From: a virus
Virus record (IMG/VR): IMGVR_UViG_3300043570_002836
Span: 1-64,000 of that record
Direction: 5' to 3' (one strand)
Length of the DNA: 64,000 nucleotides
Below, in pieces: positions 22,075 through 32,374 of the stretch. The stretch's first letter is position 1, and the number at the start of each line of letters is the position of its first letter. The translations under genes and the position numbers were made by a program. The notes under the pieces are model-generated. The model ran no database searches, had not been told where the DNA came from, and worked only from the letters and a program-made list of their open reading frames with translations.

Positions 22075-22482
22075 ATGAAAAAAATAGTAAGACTTTCGGA
22101 AACAGAACTCTCTAAATTAATTAAAAAAATGATTAATGAACAAGAAAGTTCACGATATATGTTTTTTTCTAATTTAGAACAAATGAAAAGACAATGTGAA
22201 ATTTTATTAGATATGGACGAAGAAGAAGTCAGTTCTATTTTGGAAAACGGTCACGATTGGGCTCAGGACCATATTGCTGAAGCAAAAAACAATATGGACC
22301 AAGTATTTGATTTCTTAATGAATGAAACTGAACGTGATAATTCTGAAATGGAAATGTCTGAAGATTCTAACACTCAAGAAGATGAAGCCTTAGCTATTAG
22401 TATGACTAACCCCAATTTAGGATTGGCGATGTCAACTAATGAAGGTAAAATAAGAACTAAAACTAGATTCAACCGTAAATAA
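22075..22482 (+). CDS. Hypothetical protein with MKKIVRLSE leader (putative head-internal protein)
   Basis: N-terminal motif shared with several ORFs. Confidence 0.6.
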   Translation: MKKIVRLSETELSKLIKKMINEQESSRYMFFSNLEQMKRQCEILLDMDEEEVSSILENGHDWAQDHIAEAKNNMDQVFDFLMNETERDNSEMEMSEDSNTQEDEALAISMTNPNLGLAMSTNEGKIRTKTRFNRK

Positions 22483-22503
22483 CGTTGTTCAGGTGTATAT
22501 TGT

Positions 22504-22529
22504 AAGGGGAATTAATTTTCCCCTTTTTT
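22504..22529 (+). terminator. Intrinsic terminator
   Basis: AAGGGGAA..TTCCCCTT hairpin followed by T-tract. Confidence 0.75.
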
Positions 22530-22578
22530 ATGTCTATTTCTAAAATGTTTTCGTATATTTGTTTTAAATATAAGACGT

Positions 22579-22998
22579 ATGTTTGAGATAATTAGAAGAT
22601 TTTTTAGGAGAAATTATGTTAAATACCTGATTAATGTTAGGTACAGTAAATTGATTAGTGGTGGAAATGCCGAGGCTAATCAAAATGAAAGATTGTGTAA
22701 ATCAATTTGTTATAAATTGATAAATCAACCTGATTCAAAATTCTTAATTGCGCCAATCTCAGGAAAAAGGTATATTAAAAACTCTCGTTTAGAATTGTTT
22801 GTAATTCTTGATGACAGACGTATTAGTATTACTAACCATGTCTATCACTATGATGTGGTATTTACTGATAGAGATTTTGATAGAATAACAAAAATGTACG
22901 ATAATAAAACTGAGACTATTAGACAAGAATTTGAGAATGAAATGAAATCACAAATTCAAAGTTCGTTAGGTACTATTTTAAATAGACTTAATAATTAA
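22579..22998 (+). CDS. Hypothetical protein
   Basis: ORF preceded by TATATTTG host-type -7 element at 22554-22561. Confidence 0.7.
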   Translation: MFEIIRRFFRRNYVKYLINVRYSKLISGGNAEANQNERLCKSICYKLINQPDSKFLIAPISGKRYIKNSRLELFVILDDRRISITNHVYHYDVVFTDRDFDRITKMYDNKTETIRQEFENEMKSQIQSSLGTILNRLNN

Positions 22999-23621
22999 CG
23001 TTTGTTAATAAACTCTAATAAATAATTTTTAATTCTAACCTCAAAAGATTCGTTCTGTGAGGTTTTTTTGTTTGTTGTGGATGTGATACTTGACTTAGGT
23101 CGTTTAAAGAGATTCTCAACGATTAAATCGTCATTAATCTCAATCCATTCTTTAATTGTATGAACATCATGTGTTGGGACATCATATGTTCCGTCAGGTC
23201 CTTTTTCCCAAACACCGACAACACGTTTATTATTATTTTTTAATTTTTTTTGTTTGATAACTTTATTTAATTCGTTTTTAACAATTATGTTAAATGGTGA
23301 TAACAGAGTATTATTCCATTTTTTTAAACCTAATTCTATCGGACCACTATACTCACCAGCACTACCTTCCGAATTAGTCCCCTCAATAATGACTTCATCA
23401 ACATTAACCCATTCATTAACAGGAACAATCCCCAATTTGTTTTTACCTTTAGGAATTTTATTAATAATATTCCCTTCATAATCAGAAACAGAGTCAGTAA
23501 ATGGTGCTAATATATCTTTTTTAAACTTTCTTAATCCAGGTCGTAAAGGTGTGATATACGTTCCCCTCCCACCTGAACTCGTAGAGGTTGATTCATTAAT
23601 ATGGATTTTATCGTTTTTCAT
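22995..23621 (-). CDS. Hypothetical protein with internal duplication (start probably MKNDK at 23621)
   Basis: Late motif at 23631-23638 lies just upstream of this ATG; two similar G.Y..P...GL.K.....L.PF blocks. Confidence 0.6.
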   Translation of the reverse strand: MKNDKIHINESTSTSSGGRGTYITPLRPGLRKFKKDILAPFTDSVSDYEGNIINKIPKGKNKLGIVPVNEWVNVDEVIIEGTNSEGSAGEYSGPIELGLKKWNNTLLSPFNIIVKNELNKVIKQKKLKNNNKRVVGVWEKGPDGTYDVPTHDVHTIKEWIEINDDLIVENLFKRPKSSITSTTNKKTSQNESFEVRIKNYLLEFINKR

Positions 23622-23657
23622 GATTATAATTATAAATATCAATACATGTTTAAATTT

Positions 23658-23909
23658 ATGGAACAAGAAGAATTATATGGTAAATTGTTTGACACAATAC
23701 CTCTTTATAGTGAAGAACACCTCGATTTATTATTACAAACATTATCTAAAGATGATGCTAGTCGAATCTTAATACACGCAGTTAAACAAGCGTTTCGTCA
23801 AAATATATATTCACTTGGGGAATGTGAAGTAATATCTAAATCAATTAGAGTTATCTCAAGAGTTGAACCTGAAGAAAAAAGTGATGAACAAAAAAAAGAC
23901 GGAGAGTAA
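23658..23909 (+). CDS. Hypothetical protein (start uncertain)
   Basis: ORF ending at a bidirectional terminator. Confidence 0.55.
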   Translation: MEQEELYGKLFDTIPLYSEEHLDLLLQTLSKDDASRILIHAVKQAFRQNIYSLGECEVISKSIRVISRVEPEEKSDEQKKDGE

Positions 23910-23920
23910 TTCCGTCTTTT
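23892..23920. terminator. Bidirectional intrinsic terminator
   Basis: AAAAAGACGGA..TCCGTCTTTTT between convergent genes. Confidence 0.8.
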
Positions 23921-23928
23921 TAAAATTT

Positions 23929-24324
23929 TTAAGGATTTAAAGAAGTTGGTAAACCATTTGGTGACCTATTTGGTGAACCATTCGAGAAATAATCTTGTGC
24001 GGGTTTTAAACCGTATTTTGCTAAATCTGTAGGTGATATTTCGGGTGTTGTTGCCGCAGGTGCTACGGGTGTAGTTGCAGCAGGTTGTGTGGTTTTACCT
24101 TGTAAAGCGGCTTGTGCTGCGGCCAATGTTTTCGGTCCTAATTTACCATCGGGTACTAAACCTGATTGAAATTTAGTATTTAAATGGTCTTGTAACTGTT
24201 TAACTTTTTCGTTATAAACACCTGGTTGAATTGCGGTATCTAGAACTGATTGTTCAGTTATATAACTTTTGTGAAGTTTTGAAATATTTCTTCTCTCATC
24301 TTCGGTTAATATAAATCTATTCAT
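23929..24324 (-). CDS. Protein with peptidoglycan-binding-like motif
   Basis: VKQLQ..LN...L..DGKLGPKT. Confidence 0.6.
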   Translation of the reverse strand: MNRFILTEDERRNISKLHKSYITEQSVLDTAIQPGVYNEKVKQLQDHLNTKFQSGLVPDGKLGPKTLAAAQAALQGKTTQPAATTPVAPAATTPEISPTDLAKYGLKPAQDYFSNGSPNRSPNGLPTSLNP

Positions 24325-24333
24325 ATTTTTTAT

Positions 24334-25248
24334 TTATTGTTGTAGTTTAGTTAATAAAATGTCAATATCGGAATTTTTTAATTGACCTGTTCCTGTAGGA
24401 ACACCTAAAGTAGTTTGTAATTTAGTAATTCCCGCAAGTGTATTTTGAGTATATTGTTTTTTTCTATTAACTTGTTGAGTATTTTTTTTAGGTGTGGTAA
24501 CGGTTGACTCTGGTGTAGTTGTTTTAAATTCCGTAGCACAATCAAATGGTTCCCATCCTACATTACTCAAATTACCAGATGACAAAGTAGGATTTGACGT
24601 TGGTTGCTTTGTACCATCTTTCCAATATCTGAATTTAGCGTCAGCATAATATTGGTTTCCATCTGGGTTACTATACTTCGTAAGTCCATTTGATGGTATT
24701 AAACAAGGATATTTTGCTAATTCTGCGTTAGAAGATACCACGAGTTGTGTTCTCTTGGTAGCTGCCGCAGCAGTAGCTTTCGCCGCTTTATCAGCCGCTT
24801 GAGTAGTTGGAATAGTTGTATCATTACATATAGCGTCAAAATCATCTTGAACACCATATGGCCAATTTTCCCCCCAATATTTAATTTTTGATGTAGTCGT
24901 CTGGAGAATTTTACTCGAACACCAATATCTAATAGTTCCCGTATTGTCTTGAAGAACCTGACCCGTAAAGTCATCAACGAATTGATATTTCACATTAGCG
25001 GCAATTAAATTGTTTATAGATTCTTTTTTAAATACTGTTGATTTAAATAGTTTTAATTCCCAATTTACATTATTATCGTCACCACTTTTAACTTCACAGT
25101 CAATATTTGAATAAAGAGTAAGTGTTCCCTTAGAATTATCGACTTTGGAGAAATATTCCATCAAATATTGTGATTTGGTTCTTGATTCGTGTAACGAAAG
25201 AATTCTTAGAACTTCTTCCGATTTTATTTCAAATAAATTTTTTTTCAT
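24334..25248 (-). CDS. Hypothetical virion-associated protein
   Basis: Late motif upstream; downstream of the capsid gene. Confidence 0.55.
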   Translation of the reverse strand: MKKNLFEIKSEEVLRILSLHESRTKSQYLMEYFSKVDNSKGTLTLYSNIDCEVKSGDDNNVNWELKLFKSTVFKKESINNLIAANVKYQFVDDFTGQVLQDNTGTIRYWCSSKILQTTTSKIKYWGENWPYGVQDDFDAICNDTTIPTTQAADKAAKATAAAATKRTQLVVSSNAELAKYPCLIPSNGLTKYSNPDGNQYYADAKFRYWKDGTKQPTSNPTLSSGNLSNVGWEPFDCATEFKTTTPESTVTTPKKNTQQVNRKKQYTQNTLAGITKLQTTLGVPTGTGQLKNSDIDILLTKLQQ

Positions 25249-25302
25249 AAAAAATGTTTTATTATAAATATCAATAAATGATAAAAATTCAGTTTATTTG
25301 TA

Positions 25303-25337
25303 TAAAAAAAAAAAGGTCAGATTTCTCTGACCTTTTT
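25303..25337 (-). terminator. Intrinsic terminator after the major capsid gene
   Basis: AAAAGGTCAGA..TCTGACCTTTT hairpin with long T-tract on the minus strand. Confidence 0.85.
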
Positions 25338-25358
25338 CAAGATTTATTTAAGTTTTGA

Positions 25359-27194
25359 TTATCTCAATTCTTTTAAATCAAATGTACGTACTCCGTCAAC
25401 TGTAACACGAGCGTAGAAACGGTTATTAACCATTTTCTTAGCGTAACGTGTCATAATACCTTTAATAGGTGTGAAGTTGAATGGGTTGTACATTGTTGGA
25501 GTTAATTGTAATGGTACATACGGTGCGTAGATGTAACCTGTGTCTAACAATGACGTTCCTTTGTGACCAATCAAGATTTGGTTAGCTGGGAAGTAAGGGT
25601 CACGGTAAACTTGGTAACGACCTGCTAATGTACCAACTCTTTCAATACCCATGTTGTATTGGTCTTGCTCAGGAGACGCGTTAGATACGTGGAAGTATTC
25701 TAAATCGTCAAAGATAGCTGAAACCTCAGAAGAAACAACAATCCAGTTAGCTCCACCTCTCAATGTAGATTTGTGGATTTGTGCTGACAATTGGTTGATT
25801 GCAGTAATCAAAGTTTGGTTCCAATCTTTTTGAGTGTAAGAAGTTGTTTGAGAAAGTCTTCTCCATCCGTTGTAATCCCAACGTAGATTCCAAGCCGCTC
25901 CTTTACGTAAATCACGTAAAATCTCACGGTCAATCTCAGCAGCTACTTGTTCAGATAACAATGCAGTTAACTCAGCCTCAGCGTCGATGTTATGGAAAGC
26001 CGCAACGTCTTGAGCTAACTCAGGAGACCATTGTGCTCTTAATTTTCTTTCAGTAACAGATACTGTAACAGAATCCAAGTCGAAAGAAACCTCACCGATT
26101 TTGTCTTCGAATTCTAATTCTTCGTAACGTCTGAATACCGCAGTAATCGCTTCAGCATCTAAAGTTTCAATCAATGTTCCGTTGTATCCGTCAATAGACT
26201 CAGCGTCACATGTAGGACAAACAGGACAAGATAAATCAACTTCTAAATAAATACATCCGTCAGCACTACAAACATTTTTGAATGAACCACCGTTTCCTGT
26301 ACTTGGCCATACTGTATTTACAGTGTTACCGTATTGAACGATACCTTTACCATATTGTTGAGTAACAACTCTGAACAATAATGGAATAGAATCTCCATCA
26401 GCATTTACGATAGTATCACAAGCTGAACCACCTGAAATTACTAATAATGATGGGTCAGCAACTAAACGTAAATCAGCTAAGAAAGTTTCACTATCCATTT
26501 CGTTACCGTCAGGACCGATTAATTTTCCAGCTCCATTATCTGCGAAACCACACATTTTAACAATAAGTTTTCTAACGTTTTTACCATCGTAAGTAGTACC
26601 TGTGTAATCAGTTAATCCACCATTTGCCCATACTTGAACATCTGTAGTAGCAGTAACTGCTGACCAACGACCTTTAGAATAATCGAATAAACCTGCTGGG
26701 TCTAAACCTGGCTCAGTTCCTTCGTAGAATAAATCATAAAGATTTTTCTTGTAACCACCTGTTGCATCAGTATAACCATCATTTTGATTTGTTGGTCCAT
26801 TAGGTGCTCCGATTGGTGCGTAGTGGTCACCTGATTGATTAGCAGTACCACCGTCATATCCTTGGATTTTTGGTACGAAGAAGAACAATTTACCGATTGG
26901 TAAGTTCATTGCTTGTACAGAAACGATATCATTCGCTAATAATTTAGAGAATACACGTCTAACGATTGGGAAAACAACAGTTTCAAAAGAACCTGATGAC
27001 CCTTCAGAAGTCGCTTCATTGATTAAGTGAGATGCTTGGTTCTCATATAATTGAGCCACGTTCTCTTTAAGATGTCCTTTAAGACCATCTAGGAATCCTA
27101 ATCTATCCCATTTGTTAATTGTATCTTCTTTGATAACTTTAAGGTGTTTTAACCCGATGTTACCTACAAGACCTGATTCTAATAATGCTCCCAT
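25359..27194 (-). CDS. Major capsid protein (T4 gp23-like)
   Basis: RKLRAQWSPELAQD...DAEAEL...EIDREI, YAPYVPL, GIMTRY. Confidence 0.95.
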   Translation of the reverse strand: MGALLESGLVGNIGLKHLKVIKEDTINKWDRLGFLDGLKGHLKENVAQLYENQASHLINEATSEGSSGSFETVVFPIVRRVFSKLLANDIVSVQAMNLPIGKLFFFVPKIQGYDGGTANQSGDHYAPIGAPNGPTNQNDGYTDATGGYKKNLYDLFYEGTEPGLDPAGLFDYSKGRWSAVTATTDVQVWANGGLTDYTGTTYDGKNVRKLIVKMCGFADNGAGKLIGPDGNEMDSETFLADLRLVADPSLLVISGGSACDTIVNADGDSIPLLFRVVTQQYGKGIVQYGNTVNTVWPSTGNGGSFKNVCSADGCIYLEVDLSCPVCPTCDAESIDGYNGTLIETLDAEAITAVFRRYEELEFEDKIGEVSFDLDSVTVSVTERKLRAQWSPELAQDVAAFHNIDAEAELTALLSEQVAAEIDREILRDLRKGAAWNLRWDYNGWRRLSQTTSYTQKDWNQTLITAINQLSAQIHKSTLRGGANWIVVSSEVSAIFDDLEYFHVSNASPEQDQYNMGIERVGTLAGRYQVYRDPYFPANQILIGHKGTSLLDTGYIYAPYVPLQLTPTMYNPFNFTPIKGIMTRYAKKMVNNRFYARVTVDGVRTFDLKELR

Positions 27195-27235
27195 TTTTAG
27201 TTTTTTGTTTTTATTTTATTTGTTTATTTTATTTT

Positions 27236-28777
27236 TTATCTTAATTTTGTCATTAAATCTTTCATTCTCAAGAATTGAGGATTTTCGTAAGTTTTTGACT
27301 CAATTAAGTTAACCGCTGAACCTGTTGATGGAACTTTATTTAAATTTCTCTCAATAGATTCGTTCATTGGTTGTGTTTTAGTATTTGATAATTCGTCTTT
27401 AATAACTTGGTACAAATTTTTAGATTCTTTAATTGTTTCTACAGTATCAAATCTTTTTAGAATATTAATTTTTTCATTCTTAGTTGTAGTGTGTTCAGTG
27501 AACAAACGTGTAGCGTACGCTAAGTTTGAATTGAATACTGCAACTTCAGTTAATTTATTTCTAAATACATTTAATGCTTGTCTGTATTCTTCATTTTTTT
27601 CTCTTAATACTTTTACTTCACTACTATTAACGTTTTCAAGGTTAAGATTTCTGTTAGGTGTAATTCCTTTTCTCAAACCACGTCCTGATTTAGAACCATT
27701 TCCGTAAGTACGAGCAGCTTCTTTAGTTTCAACCTTTTTAGTTTTTGGTTTTAGTTTAAATTCACCGTCTAAGTTTTCACCATCTTTGTAAGAAAATCCT
27801 TTTTTCGCACTTCCTGTTCCCATAGTTGTGTTAGCTGTTTTTTTCACAGTTTTCCATCCACCTTCTTGGTTAGGTTTTGCTGAATAGATTTTTTTCTTAT
27901 TTGGGTTACCCAAACCTAATCCTTTTGATTTGAAAGATTTTGCTTCCATAACTGAATCTAAGTCGTAAGATTCAACTTCTTCTTCGTCTTCGAACTCTTC
28001 GTCCAACTCATAAGATTCTTCTTCGTCTTCATCTTCCATTTCTTCTTCGTCTTCATCTTCCATTTCATCTTCATCATCCATTTCTATTTCGTAAACGATA
28101 TCGTCTTCGTCCATTTCCTCTTCGTCATCTCCCAAATCTACGATGTCTTCATCGTCTTCTTCATATTGTTCGTTAGTTGAGAAAACTTTGTCAATAATAC
28201 TTTTTACGTCTTCGTCATCATTGTCATCGTCACTAGAGAATTCAAACTCATCATCTTCATCTTCATCTTCATATTCGAACTCGTAAAGTTCGTCTTCAGA
28301 TTCATAATCGAATCCTTCTTCTGATTCTTGTACAATCATATATTCTTTGTTAGTTTTATTATCTTTTAAACTGATGTTATTAGAATTGTCTTTTTGAACA
28401 ATGATTTCATCATCAGGACCCATCAATTGAAATACACGTAGTACTTCATCAGTGTCCTCTTCACCTGTTAAATCAATAACTGGTTCTTCTTCATCATCCA
28501 TAAATTCTGAGTCCATCTCATCATCTTCAAGATTATCAGTTTCATCATCTTCCATGTCATCCAACTCAACGTCCGATTCCATATCATCTAATTCCACATC
28601 TGTGTCTTCAATCTCGTCACCTTCTTCATCTTGTTCCGTTAGAGATTCTTTTACTAATTGATTGATTTCTTCTTTCATAGTTGACTGAAGTATTCCTTTT
28701 GCGTTTTCGGCTACAACATCCTCCAAATTCTTAATTTGGATTATTGCTTCTTCTACCAAAGATTTTTTGTTTTCCAT
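27236..28777 (-). CDS. Prohead scaffolding/core protein (gp22-like), highly acidic
   Basis: Directly upstream of the capsid gene; D/E-rich with coiled-coil C-terminus. Confidence 0.75.
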   Translation of the reverse strand: MENKKSLVEEAIIQIKNLEDVVAENAKGILQSTMKEEINQLVKESLTEQDEEGDEIEDTDVELDDMESDVELDDMEDDETDNLEDDEMDSEFMDDEEEPVIDLTGEEDTDEVLRVFQLMGPDDEIIVQKDNSNNISLKDNKTNKEYMIVQESEEGFDYESEDELYEFEYEDEDEDDEFEFSSDDDNDDEDVKSIIDKVFSTNEQYEEDDEDIVDLGDDEEEMDEDDIVYEIEMDDEDEMEDEDEEEMEDEDEEESYELDEEFEDEEEVESYDLDSVMEAKSFKSKGLGLGNPNKKKIYSAKPNQEGGWKTVKKTANTTMGTGSAKKGFSYKDGENLDGEFKLKPKTKKVETKEAARTYGNGSKSGRGLRKGITPNRNLNLENVNSSEVKVLREKNEEYRQALNVFRNKLTEVAVFNSNLAYATRLFTEHTTTKNEKINILKRFDTVETIKESKNLYQVIKDELSNTKTQPMNESIERNLNKVPSTGSAVNLIESKTYENPQFLRMKDLMTKLR

Positions 28778-28848
28778 TTACTGTTTGGTTATTTTTTTAT
28801 ATAAATAGTCTCAAATAATAAAAAAGTCAGTTTTTAATATTCAAACAA

Positions 28849-29850
28849 TTATATATTTGATTTTAATTTTTTAATTTTATCAAGTTCAATTTTGATTAAA
28901 TCCTCTAAAGCTTGTTTTTTATATAACAAATTATCTAATCTTCTTTGACTTGTATTAAATAATTGTTTAACTTCATCCTGTTTATTTAAATTATATTTGT
29001 TATACATTTTAGGTTTTTTTTCAGATTTAAATTCTATATTAGTCATTAACCATGGTTCATAAAAATTAATATAGTCATCTGATGTTTGTACAATTCTTCT
29101 TTTTTCATTTGAGAATGCGATATATTCTGATTTTGAGTAATTAACTAAAAATAGGATGTCAACATTTTTTTCAGAATACTTACTTATTTTAATTCTTGTT
29201 TTAACTCTAAAAAACGTATCTCCTTCGTGTTTGTCAACATAACTGTTTATTGATTCAAATGGTTTAACCTGAACGTGATATTGGTTACCATTAATTTCGA
29301 CTGATATATCTTTACCTTCCAAAGTATCTCTCCTATCACCTGAACAAAATCTTTTTAAAATTGCATTATCACCAAAATAATTTTTTAACGCGTCCATACT
29401 GAACATTTCGTTTCTATTACCTTTATCTATGGTTTCTTGATTTAATGAAACTAATTTAGTGGTATAACCATTTTTACCAATGTCTTTAAAAAGTTTTTCA
29501 CCATTATCAGACATCCATTGTATAAATTTTTTTTCAGAATATTCCTCATCACCAATTTCTTCTAAAAATCTTTTAACTAATTCATCACGTACTATTGTGT
29601 TAGTGTCAAATCGGTTTACTATTGACCATTCATCTTGACCTTCTAAATGGGGGTATAAATAAATGACCCCTTCATTGGTTTCACAATTATTATCGGGATT
29701 TTGAATCTTACCCCAAAAATTAGTTCCTTGATAAATATTTTTTAAGGTTTCTCTAATAGCCACGGCAACGTTATCGGATTTTGATTTCCATTCATTTAAT
29801 AACTGTTGTTTAATTTCGTTTAATAAAAAAGAATTATTATTATATTTCAT
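28849..29850 (-). CDS. Hypothetical protein with possible PD-(D/E)xK nuclease-like motif
   Basis: GKDISV...HVQVKP; late motif at 29855-29862 favours ATG 29850. Confidence 0.45.
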   Translation of the reverse strand: MKYNNNSFLLNEIKQQLLNEWKSKSDNVAVAIRETLKNIYQGTNFWGKIQNPDNNCETNEGVIYLYPHLEGQDEWSIVNRFDTNTIVRDELVKRFLEEIGDEEYSEKKFIQWMSDNGEKLFKDIGKNGYTTKLVSLNQETIDKGNRNEMFSMDALKNYFGDNAILKRFCSGDRRDTLEGKDISVEINGNQYHVQVKPFESINSYVDKHEGDTFFRVKTRIKISKYSEKNVDILFLVNYSKSEYIAFSNEKRRIVQTSDDYINFYEPWLMTNIEFKSEKKPKMYNKYNLNKQDEVKQLFNTSQRRLDNLLYKKQALEDLIKIELDKIKKLKSNI

Positions 29851-29872
29851 GTTATATAAATATTCATTAAAC

Positions 29873-29900
29873 AAAAAAAGGAGGGTAAAAACCCTCCTTT
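29873..29900 (-). terminator. Intrinsic terminator
   Basis: AAAGGAGGGT..ACCCTCCTTT hairpin followed by T-tract. Confidence 0.8.
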
Positions 29901-29922
29901 AAAAATTATCGTTGAAAAAAAC

Positions 29923-30138
29923 TTAGTCTATCACCTCATCAATTTTACTTTCAACAATACCAGTTATTCTCCAATCCATAGTATAGTTCTCATACACTTT
30001 GGTTACTTTCGCCTCAACATCAGTTGGTGAATAACCAAGAACTAATTTCTCTTCTCTCATTTTTTTTACTTTACCTGATTCTGTATCTAACAAATCAGAA
30101 CAGATTTTTGCTACGAAATATTTTTCTCCTTGTTCCAT
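29923..30138 (-). CDS. DUF4494-like small protein
   Basis: YF.AKI....ESGKVKK..E..LV...S.TDVEA pattern. Confidence 0.55.
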   Translation of the reverse strand: MEQGEKYFVAKICSDLLDTESGKVKKMREEKLVLGYSPTDVEAKVTKVYENYTMDWRITGIVESKIDEVID

Positions 30139-30151
30139 ATTTTTTAATAAT

Positions 30152-30880
30152 TTAATTTCCTAAATAATCGGATAATCTTTTCATTAAGTCAAGTGATTTA
30201 TTACCGTTGTCTGAAACTTCAGTATTAGACCTCATTTTCTTTTCTTCCTCAAGATTCTCATCGTACTTAAATTTATCTTCAGGATTATTGAAAAGATAAG
30301 CACCTGGTGTAGATGGTGATGATACCAAGTCAAAACAAATTAATTCAAAATCGTCTTGTACTTCATTTTTTTCACCAACCTTTTTAAGTGAACCAACACC
30401 TCTTGATGAAATACCTAACGTAACGCCTTGTCTAAGGTAGTTTGCTGCCATATCACCTTTAGTTGATACAATCCCTCTCTCGTGGAAACCTGGACTTGTT
30501 AGAAGTTGTAATTTACCAATAAGGACATTACCTTCCCACCATATTTCGGTAATCATGTGAGATACACGGTCCAAATCTATCAAAGAAGATTCGGGGTGGT
30601 TTAATTCAGATAAAGACACCCCTTTTTCTATCAATTTTTTATAATTTTCGGCTTCACGTTCTAAAATACGTTTAGGATAGATTCTACCATTTCTATTTGG
30701 TGTGTCATACTTCTGTAGTACGGCATAAAATTCGAATGGTTTAGAATAGTCTAAAAAACCTTTAGACTCCTGTATCACACTTAAATTATGTTTGTCTTTT
30801 GGGGATATATATCCTGCATCATATTCTATAAGAATTCCCTTTTTACCGATATCGGTTGGGCTTAATATTTTTAAATCCAT
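30152..30880 (-). CDS. Prohead protease (T4 gp21-like)
   Basis: NRNGRIYP, ELNHP, VSHMI, GISSRGVGS, DLVSSPS. Confidence 0.93.
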   Translation of the reverse strand: MDLKILSPTDIGKKGILIEYDAGYISPKDKHNLSVIQESKGFLDYSKPFEFYAVLQKYDTPNRNGRIYPKRILEREAENYKKLIEKGVSLSELNHPESSLIDLDRVSHMITEIWWEGNVLIGKLQLLTSPGFHERGIVSTKGDMAANYLRQGVTLGISSRGVGSLKKVGEKNEVQDDFELICFDLVSSPSTPGAYLFNNPEDKFKYDENLEEEKKMRSNTEVSDNGNKSLDLMKRLSDYLGN

Positions 30881-30903
30881 CTTAAATGTTTATTTAATAA
30901 ATA

Positions 30904-31371
30904 TTAAACACTTTCGGTTTGGTACTCTTCTTCTAGTTTTTTACTTTTAGTTAGTGTGAAATTAAAATAATCGTTATTATTAAAATTCTCATCGTAGATT
31001 CTTGTTACGATATTTTTTAGATTTTCTTTTATCTCTTTTGATTTAAAATCAAGTTCTTCTTCGTTTAAGAAAAAATTGATTTCTAAGTTCATAAATGATT
31101 TTTTACCTAATGTTAAACCACTTGACCGTAAGTCTAAATCCACAATAAAACTGTCATCAAATAACACTTTGTCTAATGTTTCATAAACGGAATGTTTAAC
31201 GGCTCGGCTTAAATTTAAAACGACTCTTGTCCAATTCTCAGGTTCATTTATTGGTTCGACCCATGTTTGTAAATTTAAGTACAATGATTTGAAATTAATT
31301 GAGTCTACAGTACCATATACAATTTTAGATGTGTTGAATCCCTGTATTTTTGAGGTTTTCCCCTTTTTCAT
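30904..31371 (-). CDS. Hypothetical protein
   Basis: ORF in head module; YGTVD motif. Confidence 0.7.
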   Translation of the reverse strand: MKKGKTSKIQGFNTSKIVYGTVDSINFKSLYLNLQTWVEPINEPENWTRVVLNLSRAVKHSVYETLDKVLFDDSFIVDLDLRSSGLTLGKKSFMNLEINFFLNEEELDFKSKEIKENLKNIVTRIYDENFNNNDYFNFTLTKSKKLEEEYQTESV

Positions 31372-31445
31372 TATTTTTCATATTATAATCGTTTATTTTT
31401 TTAAAATATAAGTATATTTACCTTTATAGTCAAAAAAGTAAAAAT

Positions 31446-31640
31446 ATGCTAATAGTTAAAGTTGATAAGAACTCAAATATTGAGAAAGCCCTAAAAGAAT
31501 ATAAGGGAAAAATAATCAGAACAAGACAGAGTTCTAAATTAAACGAAAGAAAAGAATTTATAAAAACTTCCGTAAAAAAAAGAAACGTACTCAACAAAGC
31601 TAAGTACGTTCAAAAAAATTATAAAGATAAATCTAATTAA
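31446..31640 (+). CDS. rpsU: Ribosomal protein bS21, phage-encoded
   Basis: MLIVKV....IEKALK.YK.K.......L..RKEF.K.SVKKR....KAKY; 64 aa, basic; Tyr54 present. Confidence 0.88.
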   Translation: MLIVKVDKNSNIEKALKEYKGKIIRTRQSSKLNERKEFIKTSVKKRNVLNKAKYVQKNYKDKSN

Positions 31641-32353
31641 AGATTCTCGTTCAATCCTTTTAGTTTGAAATAAGTTAATTTATCGTATTTCTCAGATTCG
31701 ATTTTACTAATCGTTTCATTAATTTGTTTACCTGTTTCGTAATCAGTGTTATCTCTTTTTAAAGAAGTTAATTTAGATATTACTGATGATTTTAACGGCT
31801 CGAAATTTTCAATTAACGTTTTATCATCTTGTGATAAAAGACTAAACAATTCTTTTTTATCTGATTCATTTAAATTATCCAAATAATCAGTAATTGTTCT
31901 GTTAGCAATTGAAACCATTGAACTAATTGGAATTTTAGCAAATTCTTTTTGAACTGTTGGTTTTTTCTTTAACGATTCAGATATTAGCTTTTTACTGTTA
32001 ATTCTTGACTCAATGGTTAATATATTATCCGAAAACAAATCATCAATGTGTTGGTATTGGTTTGTCGTTTTAATATTACCAACCCAATTTTTTAAAGTTG
32101 TTAAATCGTTTAAACTAACCTTACCAACTACTTTGTGGTAATTAGAAATAGACTCATTAATATATGTCTCAACGATTGATTCATTGATACCTTTATTAGA
32201 TGTTAAATCATCATACAAGTAATATAATTTACTAATATTTTTATTTTCCAAAACATATTTCTTAAAGTTAGATAACTCTTGTTTAAATGTTTTTTTACTA
32301 TATGACTCAGACAATAATGTCTCTATTTTTGATTTTAATATTCCGAATTTCAT
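31637..32353 (-). CDS. Hypothetical head-module protein
   Basis: ORF downstream of portal; several L/I-x-E motifs. Confidence 0.65.
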   Translation of the reverse strand: MKFGILKSKIETLLSESYSKKTFKQELSNFKKYVLENKNISKLYYLYDDLTSNKGINESIVETYINESISNYHKVVGKVSLNDLTTLKNWVGNIKTTNQYQHIDDLFSDNILTIESRINSKKLISESLKKKPTVQKEFAKIPISSMVSIANRTITDYLDNLNESDKKELFSLLSQDDKTLIENFEPLKSSVISKLTSLKRDNTDYETGKQINETISKIESEKYDKLTYFKLKGLNENL

Positions 32354-32374
32354 AATTTGTTTTCTATATAAATA

